Source of the DNA: an uncultured Nitrospiraceae bacterium
Lineage (GTDB): Bacteria > Nitrospirota > Nitrospiria > Nitrospirales > Nitrospiraceae
Assembly (NCBI GenBank): GCA_963730935.1
Contig: CAVSTP010000003.1
Coordinates: 224,001-288,000 of the forward strand
DNA length: 64,000 bases
Direction: 5' to 3'
Shown here piece after piece: positions 10,721 to 19,362 of the stretch. The position numbers and the translations under genes are program-made. Numbering within the stretch: position 1 is the first letter of the stretch; each line of letters opens with the position of its first letter. The notes below the pieces were generated by a model. It saw only the letters and a list, made by a program, of their open reading frames with translations, was not told the origin of the DNA and ran no database searches.

Positions 10721-11863
10721 ATGAATCGTGTGGCCGATCGCTTTTCCTCGTCCGCGTCGCTCGAAGCGTGGATGAAGCTTCGTGCCATTGAAGGAGTGGG
10801 CGATCACATCGTGCTGGCGCTCGTGCGGGAATGGCAGAGCCCCGATGCGGTGCTTCGCGCATCGGCCGGCGATCTGATTGAGAGAGGCTGCAGCGCCAGA
10901 CTTGCCGAGAAGATCGTCCGCGGGCCGGATCGCGACGCCTGCCGGCGCATTGCCAGTGAACTCCATGACATCGAGCGGACGGGCATCGAGGTGCGGAGCA
11001 TGCTGGATGCGAATTATCCTGCGCGGCTTCTCATGATTCCCGATCCGCCTCCTCTCCTGTACGTTGCCGGGTCATTGCAAGCGTCGGACGAGCTGGCTAT
11101 TGCGGTGGTCGGCGCACGCCGCGGAACAGCGGCCGGGCGTGTGGTGACGGAACAGTTGGCCGGCGGCTTGGCTGAGGCTGGGTTCACGATCGTCAGCGGG
11201 TTGGCACGAGGCGTCGATGCAGCCGCGCATCGAGGCGCGCTTGCGGCCGGCGGTCGAACCGTCGCTGTGCTCGGCTGCGGTCTTGGACGAACGTACCCGC
11301 AAGAGCATCAGCGGCTTCGTGACGAGATCGAAGAGCACGGTGCCGTGGTATCAGAACTATCCTTCGACGCCCCTCCACACAGCGGGCATTTCCCGCGCAG
11401 AAACCGGATCATCAGCGGTCTGTCGTTCGGCGTGATCGTGACCGAAGCTGCGATCGACAGCGGCTCATTGATTACGGCACGGTTGGCCGCCGACCAGGGG
11501 AGAGAGGTCTTTGCGGTTCCCGGATTCGTGAACGAAGAAACGAGCCGCGGTACGCATGCCTTGATCAAAGAAGGGGCCACCTTGGTGGAACAGGCGCAAG
11601 ATGTGATAGATGTCATTGCACCACAGCTCGAACCGGCGATGCGATCGCGCGTGTCGGCCGTACGCACGCCGCACGTTCCCGTCGAGAATTTTGGAAATCA
11701 TGAACGGGTGGTGTACGATGCGCTCTCGTACGAACCGCTTACCGTGGACCATCTTCTCGAGCGGACGCGGTTGCCGGTGCCCTCAGTGATGGCGTCGTTG
11801 TTGTCGCTTGAGCTTCGGCGACGCGTGCGACAACTGCCCGGGCAACGGTATCTGAGAATGTAA
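10721..11863 (+). CDS. dprA: DNA-processing protein DprA
   Basis: IVSGLARGVDAAAH, FPRRNRIISGLS, SGSLITA..A..QGREVFAVPG; upstream of topA. Confidence 0.95.
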   Translation: MNRVADRFSSSASLEAWMKLRAIEGVGDHIVLALVREWQSPDAVLRASAGDLIERGCSARLAEKIVRGPDRDACRRIASELHDIERTGIEVRSMLDANYPARLLMIPDPPPLLYVAGSLQASDELAIAVVGARRGTAAGRVVTEQLAGGLAEAGFTIVSGLARGVDAAAHRGALAAGGRTVAVLGCGLGRTYPQEHQRLRDEIEEHGAVVSELSFDAPPHSGHFPRRNRIISGLSFGVIVTEAAIDSGSLITARLAADQGREVFAVPGFVNEETSRGTHALIKEGATLVEQAQDVIDVIAPQLEPAMRSRVSAVRTPHVPVENFGNHERVVYDALSYEPLTVDHLLERTRLPVPSVMASLLSLELRRRVRQLPGQRYLRM

Positions 11864-11950
11864 ACCTTCCATTTTCAGGCCGCCGGTTGCACTCATCTGC
11901 TATATTTGGTACGGATGTTACAGTAAGCTGTTTGCGAGATTGGAGTCGAC

Positions 11951-14290
11951 ATGGCGAAATCGCTGATCATCGTTGAGTCTCCCACCAAAGCCAAAACGAT
12001 CACCAAATACCTTGGACGAGGGTATACCGTGATGGCTTCGGTCGGACACATCAAGGATCTGCCGACCAGCAAACTGGGTGTAGATCTCGACCACAACTTC
12101 AAACCACAGTACGTGACGATCAAAGGCAAGTCCAAGGTTCTGGCCGATATCAAAAAGAAAGCGGAAGCCGCCGACAAAATCTTCCTTGCTCCGGACCCCG
12201 ACCGTGAAGGGGAGGCGATTGCCTGGCATCTTGCCGAAGAGCTGCGGGGAAAGTCGAAGAAGAAAAACGACGGGAGGGTGTTTCGCGTGCTCTTCAATGA
12301 GATCACCGAGCGGGCGATCAAGCAGGCGCTGCAGTCTCCCGGACAGATCGACATGAAGCTCGTGAACGCGCAACAGGCCCGGCGCGTCCTCGACCGCATC
12401 GTCGGCTATCAGGGCAGTCAGTTGTTGTGGAACAAGGTGCGCCGCGGGCTCTCGATGGGACGGGTGCAGTCGGTGGCCGTGCGGCTCATGTGCGAGCGAG
12501 AGGCTGAGCGGGAAGCGTTTCGTGCGGAAGAGTATTGGTCGATTACCGCCTTACTTACCGGGTCCAATCCTCCGCCGTTTGAAGCTAAGCTTCATAGTAT
12601 TAATGGTGAAGAGGCTTCGATCGGAAATGCCGAACAGGCCCAGCACGTCGTCAACGCGATTCAGGGGAAAGCCTTCGTCGTCACGTCGATCGAACGGAAG
12701 GAAAAGAAGCGGAACCCGGTGGCCCCATTCATCACGAGCCGTCTGCAGCAAGAGGCGGCCCGTAAGCTTCATTTCACGCCGAAGAAGACCATGACGCTCG
12801 CGCAGCAGCTGTACGAAGGCGTAGAAATCGGCTCTGAGGGCTCCACCGGACTCATCACGTACATGCGGACCGATTCGCCGCGGATCTCCCAGGAGGCGAT
12901 GACCGATGCCAGACAGGTCGTCCAAGAGCGGTTCGGCGCCGAGTATCTTCCGGACACACCGAACGTCTATAAGACCTCAAAGGCTGCCCAGGAAGCGCAT
13001 GAGGCCATCAGGCCCACGTCGGCGGCGCGGGATCCGGAATCGATCCGTGCCTATCTTGAGCAGGATCAGTACAACCTGTACAAATTGATTTGGAACCGGT
13101 TCATTGCCTCGCAAATGGTGCCGGCCATTTTGGATGTCACCCGCGTCGAATCTTCGCCGGTGGACACGACTGCCAGGTATCTGTTCCGTTCCAGCGGCAC
13201 CATCGTGAAGTTTCCGGGTCATACGATTGTGTACATGGAAGGCGTCGACAAGGAGCTCTTCGCGCAGAAACAAAAGCAGGAAGAGGAACCCGAGGACAGT
13301 GCTGAGCGGCAGCTGCCTGAATTAACGGAAGGCGAGCGGCTGCGCCTCGTTGAACAGGCCGAGCAGACCATCCCCGGCGTCACCTCCAAGCAACACTTCA
13401 CTCAACCGCCTCCACGCTACAATGAAGCCTTGTTGATCAAGGAGCTCGAGGAGAAGGGCATTGGACGGCCGTCGACTTATGCGGCCATTATTTCGACTAT
13501 TCAAGAACGGAAGTACGTCGAAAAAGTAGAGGGACGGTTTTTCCCGACTGAAACGGGAAGGACCGTCAACGATTTTCTGGTCAAGGGGTTTCCGGATGTC
13601 GTCAACGTCGATTTTACGTCACAGCTCGAAGCGGAGCTTGATGAAGTCGAAGAAGGCAACAAGCCCTGGGTGGATGCTGTGCGCGACTTTTATAACCCCT
13701 TCGCTGCCGACCTCGAGAAAGCGAAATCCATCCCGGGGCCGAAGGACACGGTCGAGCCTCCCACCGACATTCCCTGCGAGAAATGCGGCCGGATGATGGA
13801 AATCAAATGGGGACGCAACGGCAAGTTTCTGGCATGTCCCGGCTACAAGGACGATCCGCCCTGTAAAAACACCCAAAACTTTGAGAAGCTGCCCGACGGC
13901 ACGATCAAAATCATTCCGAAGCAGGAACTCACCACCGATCAGGTCTGCGAAAAATGCGGGAGCCCAATGGTGGTGAAGACCGGCCGTTTCGGGAAGTTCA
14001 TCGCATGCTCGGCCTATCCGGAATGCAAGACGACGAAACCTCTGGCGCTCGGTGTGAAATGCCCCCAGCCTGGTTGCGGAGGGGATCTTGTCCAGAAGCG
14101 AACGCGCAAGGGCCGTTCGTTCTTTGCCTGCAGCAAATATCCAGCCTGCGAATTTGCCTTGTGGGACCGTCCCATTCCCAAAGCCTGTCCGACCTGCAGC
14201 GCGCCTTTTCTTATCGAAAAAGTCAGCAAGCAAGCCGGCCGCAGCGTGCAATGCCGAAACGAGGACTGCGGTTACCGCGAAGCCGGATAG
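11951..14290 (+). CDS. topA: DNA topoisomerase I with C-terminal zinc ribbons
   Basis: IVESPTKAKTI, DPDREGEAI, GRVQS, ITYMRTD, GIGRPSTYA, repeated C4 zinc ribbons. Confidence 0.97.
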   Translation: MAKSLIIVESPTKAKTITKYLGRGYTVMASVGHIKDLPTSKLGVDLDHNFKPQYVTIKGKSKVLADIKKKAEAADKIFLAPDPDREGEAIAWHLAEELRGKSKKKNDGRVFRVLFNEITERAIKQALQSPGQIDMKLVNAQQARRVLDRIVGYQGSQLLWNKVRRGLSMGRVQSVAVRLMCEREAEREAFRAEEYWSITALLTGSNPPPFEAKLHSINGEEASIGNAEQAQHVVNAIQGKAFVVTSIERKEKKRNPVAPFITSRLQQEAARKLHFTPKKTMTLAQQLYEGVEIGSEGSTGLITYMRTDSPRISQEAMTDARQVVQERFGAEYLPDTPNVYKTSKAAQEAHEAIRPTSAARDPESIRAYLEQDQYNLYKLIWNRFIASQMVPAILDVTRVESSPVDTTARYLFRSSGTIVKFPGHTIVYMEGVDKELFAQKQKQEEEPEDSAERQLPELTEGERLRLVEQAEQTIPGVTSKQHFTQPPPRYNEALLIKELEEKGIGRPSTYAAIISTIQERKYVEKVEGRFFPTETGRTVNDFLVKGFPDVVNVDFTSQLEAELDEVEEGNKPWVDAVRDFYNPFAADLEKAKSIPGPKDTVEPPTDIPCEKCGRMMEIKWGRNGKFLACPGYKDDPPCKNTQNFEKLPDGTIKIIPKQELTTDQVCEKCGSPMVVKTGRFGKFIACSAYPECKTTKPLALGVKCPQPGCGGDLVQKRTRKGRSFFACSKYPACEFALWDRPIPKACPTCSAPFLIEKVSKQAGRSVQCRNEDCGYREAG

Positions 14291-14390
14291 ACCCTCCCAC
14301 GACCTCCTTTCAGCTCTCTGTCCACTCCGTTGATTGATGTCGACTTGTCGATCATTCGGTATTTCTGTGCCTCGCGGCGATCCTTCGATC

Positions 14391-14409
14391 GAAATTGAGA
14401 ACTCATGTC
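14391..14409. promoter_or_regulatory. Possible Fur-like box upstream of the bfr promoter
   Basis: GAAATTGAGAACTCATGTC; shares GA[AT]ATTGA[GT]AA with boxes at 21177 and 28511; 11/19 to the E. coli consensus. Confidence 0.4.
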
Positions 14410-14535
14410 GTCGAAACTGAGAGATGAAATCAAAACGGCGCCATCATGTGAGTTGACGTGTGAGCCCAGGGCATGCTGATAATAACTTAAGGGAATGAAA
14501 AAACGGCGTCTTACTCTTTCGGAAGGAGAACCATC

Positions 14536-15012
14536 ATGAAGGCAAAAGAAGGCGTGGTGAACATTCTCAATAAGATTCTTACGGCCGACTTGACGGCCAT
14601 CAATCAATACTTCGTCCATGGAAAGATGTGCGAAAATTGGGGATATGACCGCCTCTATCACAAGGTGAGGGAGCGCAGCATCGATGAGATGAAGGATGCA
14701 GACGAACTGATCGGCCACATTCTCTATCTGGAGGGTGTGCCGAACGTTCAGCGGATGAATACTGTCCACGTCGGGGAGACCGTGCCTGAACAGTTCAAGC
14801 TCGACTTAAAGGCTGAACAAGAGATGCTCGCCCTGTTGAATGACGGTGTCGTCCACTGCACAAAGGTGATGGATTTCACCACCCGACACATGCTCGAGGA
14901 TATGGCAAAGGACGTCGACGATCACATTGATTGGATCGAAACGCAGATGGAAACGATCAAGCAGATCGGGCTGGAAAACTACCTCGCCGAGCAGATCAAG
15001 AAAGAATCATAA
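14536..15012 (+). CDS. bfr: Bacterioferritin
   Basis: 158 aa; AINQYFVH, SIDEMK, ILYLEGVPN, HIDWIE, IGLENYL; AGGAG RBS. Confidence 0.93.
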   Translation: MKAKEGVVNILNKILTADLTAINQYFVHGKMCENWGYDRLYHKVRERSIDEMKDADELIGHILYLEGVPNVQRMNTVHVGETVPEQFKLDLKAEQEMLALLNDGVVHCTKVMDFTTRHMLEDMAKDVDDHIDWIETQMETIKQIGLENYLAEQIKKES

Positions 15013-15056
15013 AGAAGGAAGGCGGGAGGCCCCAGGAGGATGCAAGGCCTCCCGCC
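15011..15056. terminator. Hairpin between convergent bfr and the peroxidase-family gene; likely minus-strand terminator
   Basis: GGCGGGAGGCC...GGCCTCCCGCC inverted repeat followed on the minus strand by TTCCTTCTTT. Confidence 0.6.
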
Positions 15057-15105
15057 ACTGAGCGGGGCAAGTCGTCTCCCGCTCGTATGCTGATCGCAAC
15101 CCTCC

Positions 15106-16833
15106 CTATTGATAGTCCTCGTTCAACGCTCTCAGAAACGCCACCAGTGCCGTGGCGTCTCCTGCCGTCAACGCGATGCCCTGCAGCTCTGGAGCTCCAT
15201 TTCTCAGGGTCCCCGCTCGTGCGAGCGTCGAAGTATCGCGATAGAACGTGATGATGTCGTTCAGCGTGTTGAACTGGCCGTTATGCATATACGGTGCGGA
15301 ATGACTCAAGTCGCGAAGTCCAGGCGTTTTGAAACGAGCGATGGCACGAAGCAAGAGCACATCATCGGCCGGGCAGGGCATTTGGCCATCGCACAGTATC
15401 GCCCGAATCTTCGTCTGAGGGGCCGGCATGTCATCGTTGCGAAAGACATTCCACACTCCCAAATCCGTCAGCGTGGTACTGGCCGATGGAATCGATCGGA
15501 AGCGTTCGCTCGCCGTGGGATGCTGTTCGGTGGCCGGAAGGTCGTTGGCTGTTCTGGCGGCAAGGATAGGAATCGGTAGAGTGAAAAAATCGCCTGTAGC
15601 ATGCAAGCTGTCGTATTCTCTCTGGGTCGTGCCGGTATTGTGCAGCTTGAAATCGGTAAAGTTGGGCGCCATATGGCAGGCAATGCAATTCCCGACCTTC
15701 CCCGCCGTCAGTTCTGCCGGTGAAGCGACCGGGGCCGCCGGTTCCGCAAGGAACATCTTCAAGCCCTCCAGTTCAGTCGCACCGAATTCGAATGGTTGAG
15801 AATGAAATTGGAATTGGCCATCGGGTCTGTTGGGGTTGGACGTCACGAATTGAGGAGCGAAACCAGGTGCATTCACGAGCGTTCGTAGGCGTCGGCTGTA
15901 GTCGATCGGAGACTCGTTGGGATCCGGTTGTTGAGGAAGCCCGTTTATTTCGAGGAACACGTCGAACGGCGAGCGAATCGGAGCGCCGCTGTCCTCGGTC
16001 TGCGAAAACAGCAGGCCATTCACGTATGCGGCCACGACTTTCACCACGGCATCGAAGATTTCTTGATCCGTGGCCGATGCGATGAACGCGCGGAATTCGG
16101 GTGATAGACGAGACTCATCTGGGATCGCCGGATTGCTACCGGTAAACAGGATACGGTAGGAGAGCCCGCCGAACTGATCGGACGGGTCGAACGATCCGTC
16201 ATCGCCTCGAACCACACTCGCGATGTGCGCAATGGCCTGTGCTCGCTCGCCCGGCAGCCAGCCGAAGTTTCGGCCGGTGAAGGTTCCGGCGACCAGATCT
16301 TCCATGGAGTTGAATTCTGCGTCGAAATGGAAAAGGACACCGCCCGGCCGATCGAGCGCCGAATTGACCAGCGGAGGCGAATTACGGGGCGTATGGGTCT
16401 TGCCGTCGGCGCGAGCGGGGATCGGACTCCGTGATGCAAAATCAGTATAGGTACGCATGCTGCCTCCGGGAGCCGTCAGGAGGTCGTCGACAAAGTGACA
16501 GGACCGGCAGTTCATCGACATCCCTTTGAAGGGCGCTTCGGCGGTAATTGGGGCTCCCAAGGTTTCCACTGAATCCACGACAGGGTCACCTGCATTCGGA
16601 TCGTTGACGTCTCCTCCGCTGTCCAAAAACGCCTTGAACGCCTGGGCAAATCGGGTTTCCATGAACAAGCGCTCGCCGACGGCCTGTTCCGCTCCAGGGG
16701 TCCCTGTGGTCCTGGCGGTGGCAGGAGCACCAGAATTTCCGCTGCCTGAACAGCCTGTCGCGACCATGGTGGTAATAAGTAGGAGTCTTAAAGTAGACAG
16801 AAAAAATCCGCAAGGCGTTGGGAACATGATCAC
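15106..16833 (-). CDS. Diheme cytochrome c peroxidase/MauG superfamily lipoprotein
   Basis: Lipobox-like VATGC, GERLF.E.RF, CRSCH, RNSPPL, CIACH, FKTPGLRDL..SAPYMHNG. Confidence 0.85.
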   Translation of the reverse strand: MIMFPTPCGFFLSTLRLLLITTMVATGCSGSGNSGAPATARTTGTPGAEQAVGERLFMETRFAQAFKAFLDSGGDVNDPNAGDPVVDSVETLGAPITAEAPFKGMSMNCRSCHFVDDLLTAPGGSMRTYTDFASRSPIPARADGKTHTPRNSPPLVNSALDRPGGVLFHFDAEFNSMEDLVAGTFTGRNFGWLPGERAQAIAHIASVVRGDDGSFDPSDQFGGLSYRILFTGSNPAIPDESRLSPEFRAFIASATDQEIFDAVVKVVAAYVNGLLFSQTEDSGAPIRSPFDVFLEINGLPQQPDPNESPIDYSRRLRTLVNAPGFAPQFVTSNPNRPDGQFQFHSQPFEFGATELEGLKMFLAEPAAPVASPAELTAGKVGNCIACHMAPNFTDFKLHNTGTTQREYDSLHATGDFFTLPIPILAARTANDLPATEQHPTASERFRSIPSASTTLTDLGVWNVFRNDDMPAPQTKIRAILCDGQMPCPADDVLLLRAIARFKTPGLRDLSHSAPYMHNGQFNTLNDIITFYRDTSTLARAGTLRNGAPELQGIALTAGDATALVAFLRALNEDYQ

Positions 16834-16842
16834 TCCTCCTGA

Positions 16843-17517
16843 TCAGTTTAAAATAAGGTTCGGTCGTTGCAGGCAGTGCCCACACATCTCGACAAGCTGA
16901 GGATCGAATTGTGTACCCGATGCGACGGTGAGAATACGGTAGGCCGCTATGTTACGTGCGTCCTGATCGATCGCTCCGGGGATCTGGATGGCGTCGAAGG
17001 CGTCCGCAATTGCGAGGACACGAGCCTCGATTGGAATGAAGGTTCCTCGTATCCCATAGGGATATCCTGATCCATCCCATCGTTCGTGGTGGTGTGCGAT
17101 GATCACCGACGCATTTCCGAGAAACCGGTATGGTTCAAGCCATTGAGCACCGGTTCGTGGATGGCATTGGACGGCAGTATACGATTCACCATCGAGATAG
17201 CCGGCATGCGCATGCAGCCTGCTGGGCAATGCTAACAGACCAATGTCGTGGAGCAGTGCCGCGAGCGTCAAATGGTGCCATGCATCTCGACAGAGACCTG
17301 CGGCTGATCCGATGGCCTGTGCCAGGGCGGCGGTTCTCCGCGCATGTCCTTGCTGCCATGGCAGGGCCTGATCCATTATCTTCGCCACTTGCCGGACGAG
17401 AACGGCTTCGATATGGGGCCGGGCTGAACTGGGTAGCCGAAGGACATCAATCGTTCGAAGTGCCAATCGGATGCGTTCCAGTGCTGAATCAGTGCTGATC
17501 ATTGGAATCGACTGCAT
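16843..17517 (-). CDS. HD-GYP domain protein (cyclic dinucleotide phosphodiesterase-like)
   Basis: LLHDIG, HP, HHERWDGSGYPYG, AIADAFDA, GTQFDP. Confidence 0.88.
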   Translation of the reverse strand: MQSIPMISTDSALERIRLALRTIDVLRLPSSARPHIEAVLVRQVAKIMDQALPWQQGHARRTAALAQAIGSAAGLCRDAWHHLTLAALLHDIGLLALPSRLHAHAGYLDGESYTAVQCHPRTGAQWLEPYRFLGNASVIIAHHHERWDGSGYPYGIRGTFIPIEARVLAIADAFDAIQIPGAIDQDARNIAAYRILTVASGTQFDPQLVEMCGHCLQRPNLILN

Positions 17518-17530
17518 GACGTGCGCTCGC

Positions 17531-17568
17531 AAACAAAAAGCCCAAGATCCTGTCTCGATCTTGGGCTC
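17531..17568 (-). terminator. Intra-operon intrinsic terminator/attenuator upstream of the HD-GYP gene
   Basis: Minus strand AGCCCAAGATC-GAGACAG-GATCTTGGGCT (11-bp stem) followed by TTTTGTTT. Confidence 0.8.
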
Positions 17569-17604
17569 TGGGTGAACAACCGCTGGCCTCTACAGATATT
17601 TACG
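17563..17604 (-). repeat. Copy B of a conserved intergenic motif (AAATATC..GAGGC.CAGC...CCAGAGNCC)
   Basis: CGTAAATATCTGTAGAGGCCAGCGGTTGTTCACCCAGAGCCC; aligns with copy A at 20914-20964. Confidence 0.7.
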
Positions 17605-17620
17605 GACTGAAGTTCGAATG

Positions 17621-18139
17621 CTAGCTCTCTTCTCCTCGCTTCCCTGCCATCAACGGTTGCCCCAAGATCCACATCTCATACAATGGCACAGCCATCATGA
17701 CGAAGAAGCTGAGCATCATGAGGGTGTCTCCCGTGAGCATGGTCAACACAAAGACGGGGGAGACATAGCTGATCAGCCACGGCGAGATGAGATCGAGAAT
17801 AACGCCGCCGAATCCTGACCAGGTCAGGGCAGCCTTCAAGGCATGGCTGGCATTGGTGAGGAACATGACGTGCACCAAAATTATAAACACGACCGGCATC
17901 GTGAAAAGGTGAAAGTGCGTGACCTCGGCCAATTCGCGGAACGACATCGGTTCGCCGAACGTCGCGTCTGACCCTCGATAGTGATCGGCAATGCCTGATG
18001 GCGATAATCCGGTCATACTGTGGGCCCAAAAAAAGGAAAACAAGAAGCCGGCCAACATCAACAGTAAGAACAACGTGTACAACAGCCGAATATGACGATC
18101 GGAGTCACGGAGCCTGAATCGCTGATTGAAGTTGCGCAT
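17621..18139 (-). CDS. Hypothetical 4-TM membrane protein with intramembrane histidines
   Basis: Four hydrophobic segments; THFHLFTM...LVH. Confidence 0.75.
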   Translation of the reverse strand: MRNFNQRFRLRDSDRHIRLLYTLFLLLMLAGFLFSFFWAHSMTGLSPSGIADHYRGSDATFGEPMSFRELAEVTHFHLFTMPVVFIILVHVMFLTNASHALKAALTWSGFGGVILDLISPWLISYVSPVFVLTMLTGDTLMMLSFFVMMAVPLYEMWILGQPLMAGKRGEES

Positions 18140-18161
18140 GCGGGACGCGTGGTCCGCTTTC

Positions 18162-18851
18162 TCAATTACCGAACACCGAGCCCCAAAAACCCTTTTCGGC
18201 TTTTCGCGCGGCGATGGTGTCGCTGCCTAATCCGACAGGTTTTAAATAAAATTCATCAACAAGGACCAGGACGCGCTTAACTCCAGCGCTGAAAGAGCGC
18301 ACAGACATGGTGGCTCCGCTGATGTTGATGATGTCTTTATTGATGCGGATCGGATCGTGAACTGTCTTGCCTTCGTACTGGACATTGAATCGTTTGGTGC
18401 GTACCTCGCTGCCTTTGGCCTCTCGGAAGACGAGCAGTTCGACATCGGTGCAAGCGCCCGTTGGGTCGACTCCGACCATATAGGTCATGGGCTTATGCTT
18501 GCCGATCGTGTTCTGAATTAACGCATATCCGTCAACTCTGGTGCCGGTTTCGCCAACGAAGACTTCAAAAGATTCCTCAGGAAATTTCCACCCGATTCGC
18601 TCTTCGATCTGAGCTTTCTTTTCCGGTGTAAGCCGGATGACATCCTGCCGAATGCGTTCGGAATTCGGCAACATGATTTTGAGTGCCTCCTCCTCCGTCA
18701 GAAAAACCTCCGCATGAGTCATTTCTTGTTCGGTCAGGAAGCGTTTGAGTTCGGCATCCCAAATGCGCTCGCTCCAGGCCGGCGTTGCAAATGCGATAAA
18801 CAGGCATAGGCTGCTAAGAAATGAGGCCAGAGGTTTCATGATGTTGCACAT
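18162..18851 (-). CDS. Exported FMN-binding domain protein (probable ApbE flavinylation substrate); start may be 18839
   Basis: Signal peptide; DIINISGATMS matches the [S/T]GA[S/T] flavinylation motif. Confidence 0.85.
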   Translation of the reverse strand: MCNIMKPLASFLSSLCLFIAFATPAWSERIWDAELKRFLTEQEMTHAEVFLTEEEALKIMLPNSERIRQDVIRLTPEKKAQIEERIGWKFPEESFEVFVGETGTRVDGYALIQNTIGKHKPMTYMVGVDPTGACTDVELLVFREAKGSEVRTKRFNVQYEGKTVHDPIRINKDIINISGATMSVRSFSAGVKRVLVLVDEFYLKPVGLGSDTIAARKAEKGFWGSVFGN

Positions 18852-19297
18852 CCTTTTTCGTGTAACTTAGAGTTCAATTGGTTGGAAACATCGTTCAGCA
18901 CCTCTTCCGAGGGGTCGATTGGCCACCACCGGGTAGCTGCCTGCGTAACCCCGCCCTTTGCATGCCACCGCTGGCGGGTTTCCAAAATGCTGACCGCTGC
19001 TACGTCATCCATGCGTTTGACCGCCGCGCTGAGCCGGGCGCGTTCGCGGTTGCCGAATCCTTCCCTTCCGAAGGCCCCGTAGGTTCGTTCCTTACCTTCC
19101 ATTTCAATCCAGGCGGTTTCTATGACGCCCTTTTCTTTGTTTTGGCTTGTGATGGAATGGCCTTTGAGCGTATCGATGGCCGCATCCCATACGGTGTCGT
19201 ATGCGCAGGTGTAATAATGATCATGACTGCCGCTTACCGCGGCGCATCCAGCGGCGAGCACCAGGAAGGAAAGACAAACGATGTTGTTCACGCTCAT
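18836..19297 (-). CDS. Hypothetical lipoprotein
   Basis: Lipobox LAAGC; overlaps the next gene of the operon. Confidence 0.75.
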   Translation of the reverse strand: MSVNNIVCLSFLVLAAGCAAVSGSHDHYYTCAYDTVWDAAIDTLKGHSITSQNKEKGVIETAWIEMEGKERTYGAFGREGFGNRERARLSAAVKRMDDVAAVSILETRQRWHAKGGVTQAATRWWPIDPSEEVLNDVSNQLNSKLHEKGCATS

Positions 19298-19319
19298 GTT
19301 GTACCTGAATGTGGATCAT

Positions 19320-19353
19320 GTGGGGCTCTTTCATTCGCACGAAAAAGCCCCAC
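19320..19353 (-). other. 15-bp RNA hairpin with GNRA tetraloop directly after the porin-like gene
   Basis: Minus strand GTGGGGCTTTTTCGT-GCGA-ATGAAAGAGCCCCAC including two G-U pairs; no U-tract after it. Confidence 0.7.
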
Positions 19354-19362
19354 GATAACGAC

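Noticed and set aside
14272..14769. 165-aa ORF antisense to bfr
   Set aside because: It overlaps bfr and its promoter region and has no recognisable features.
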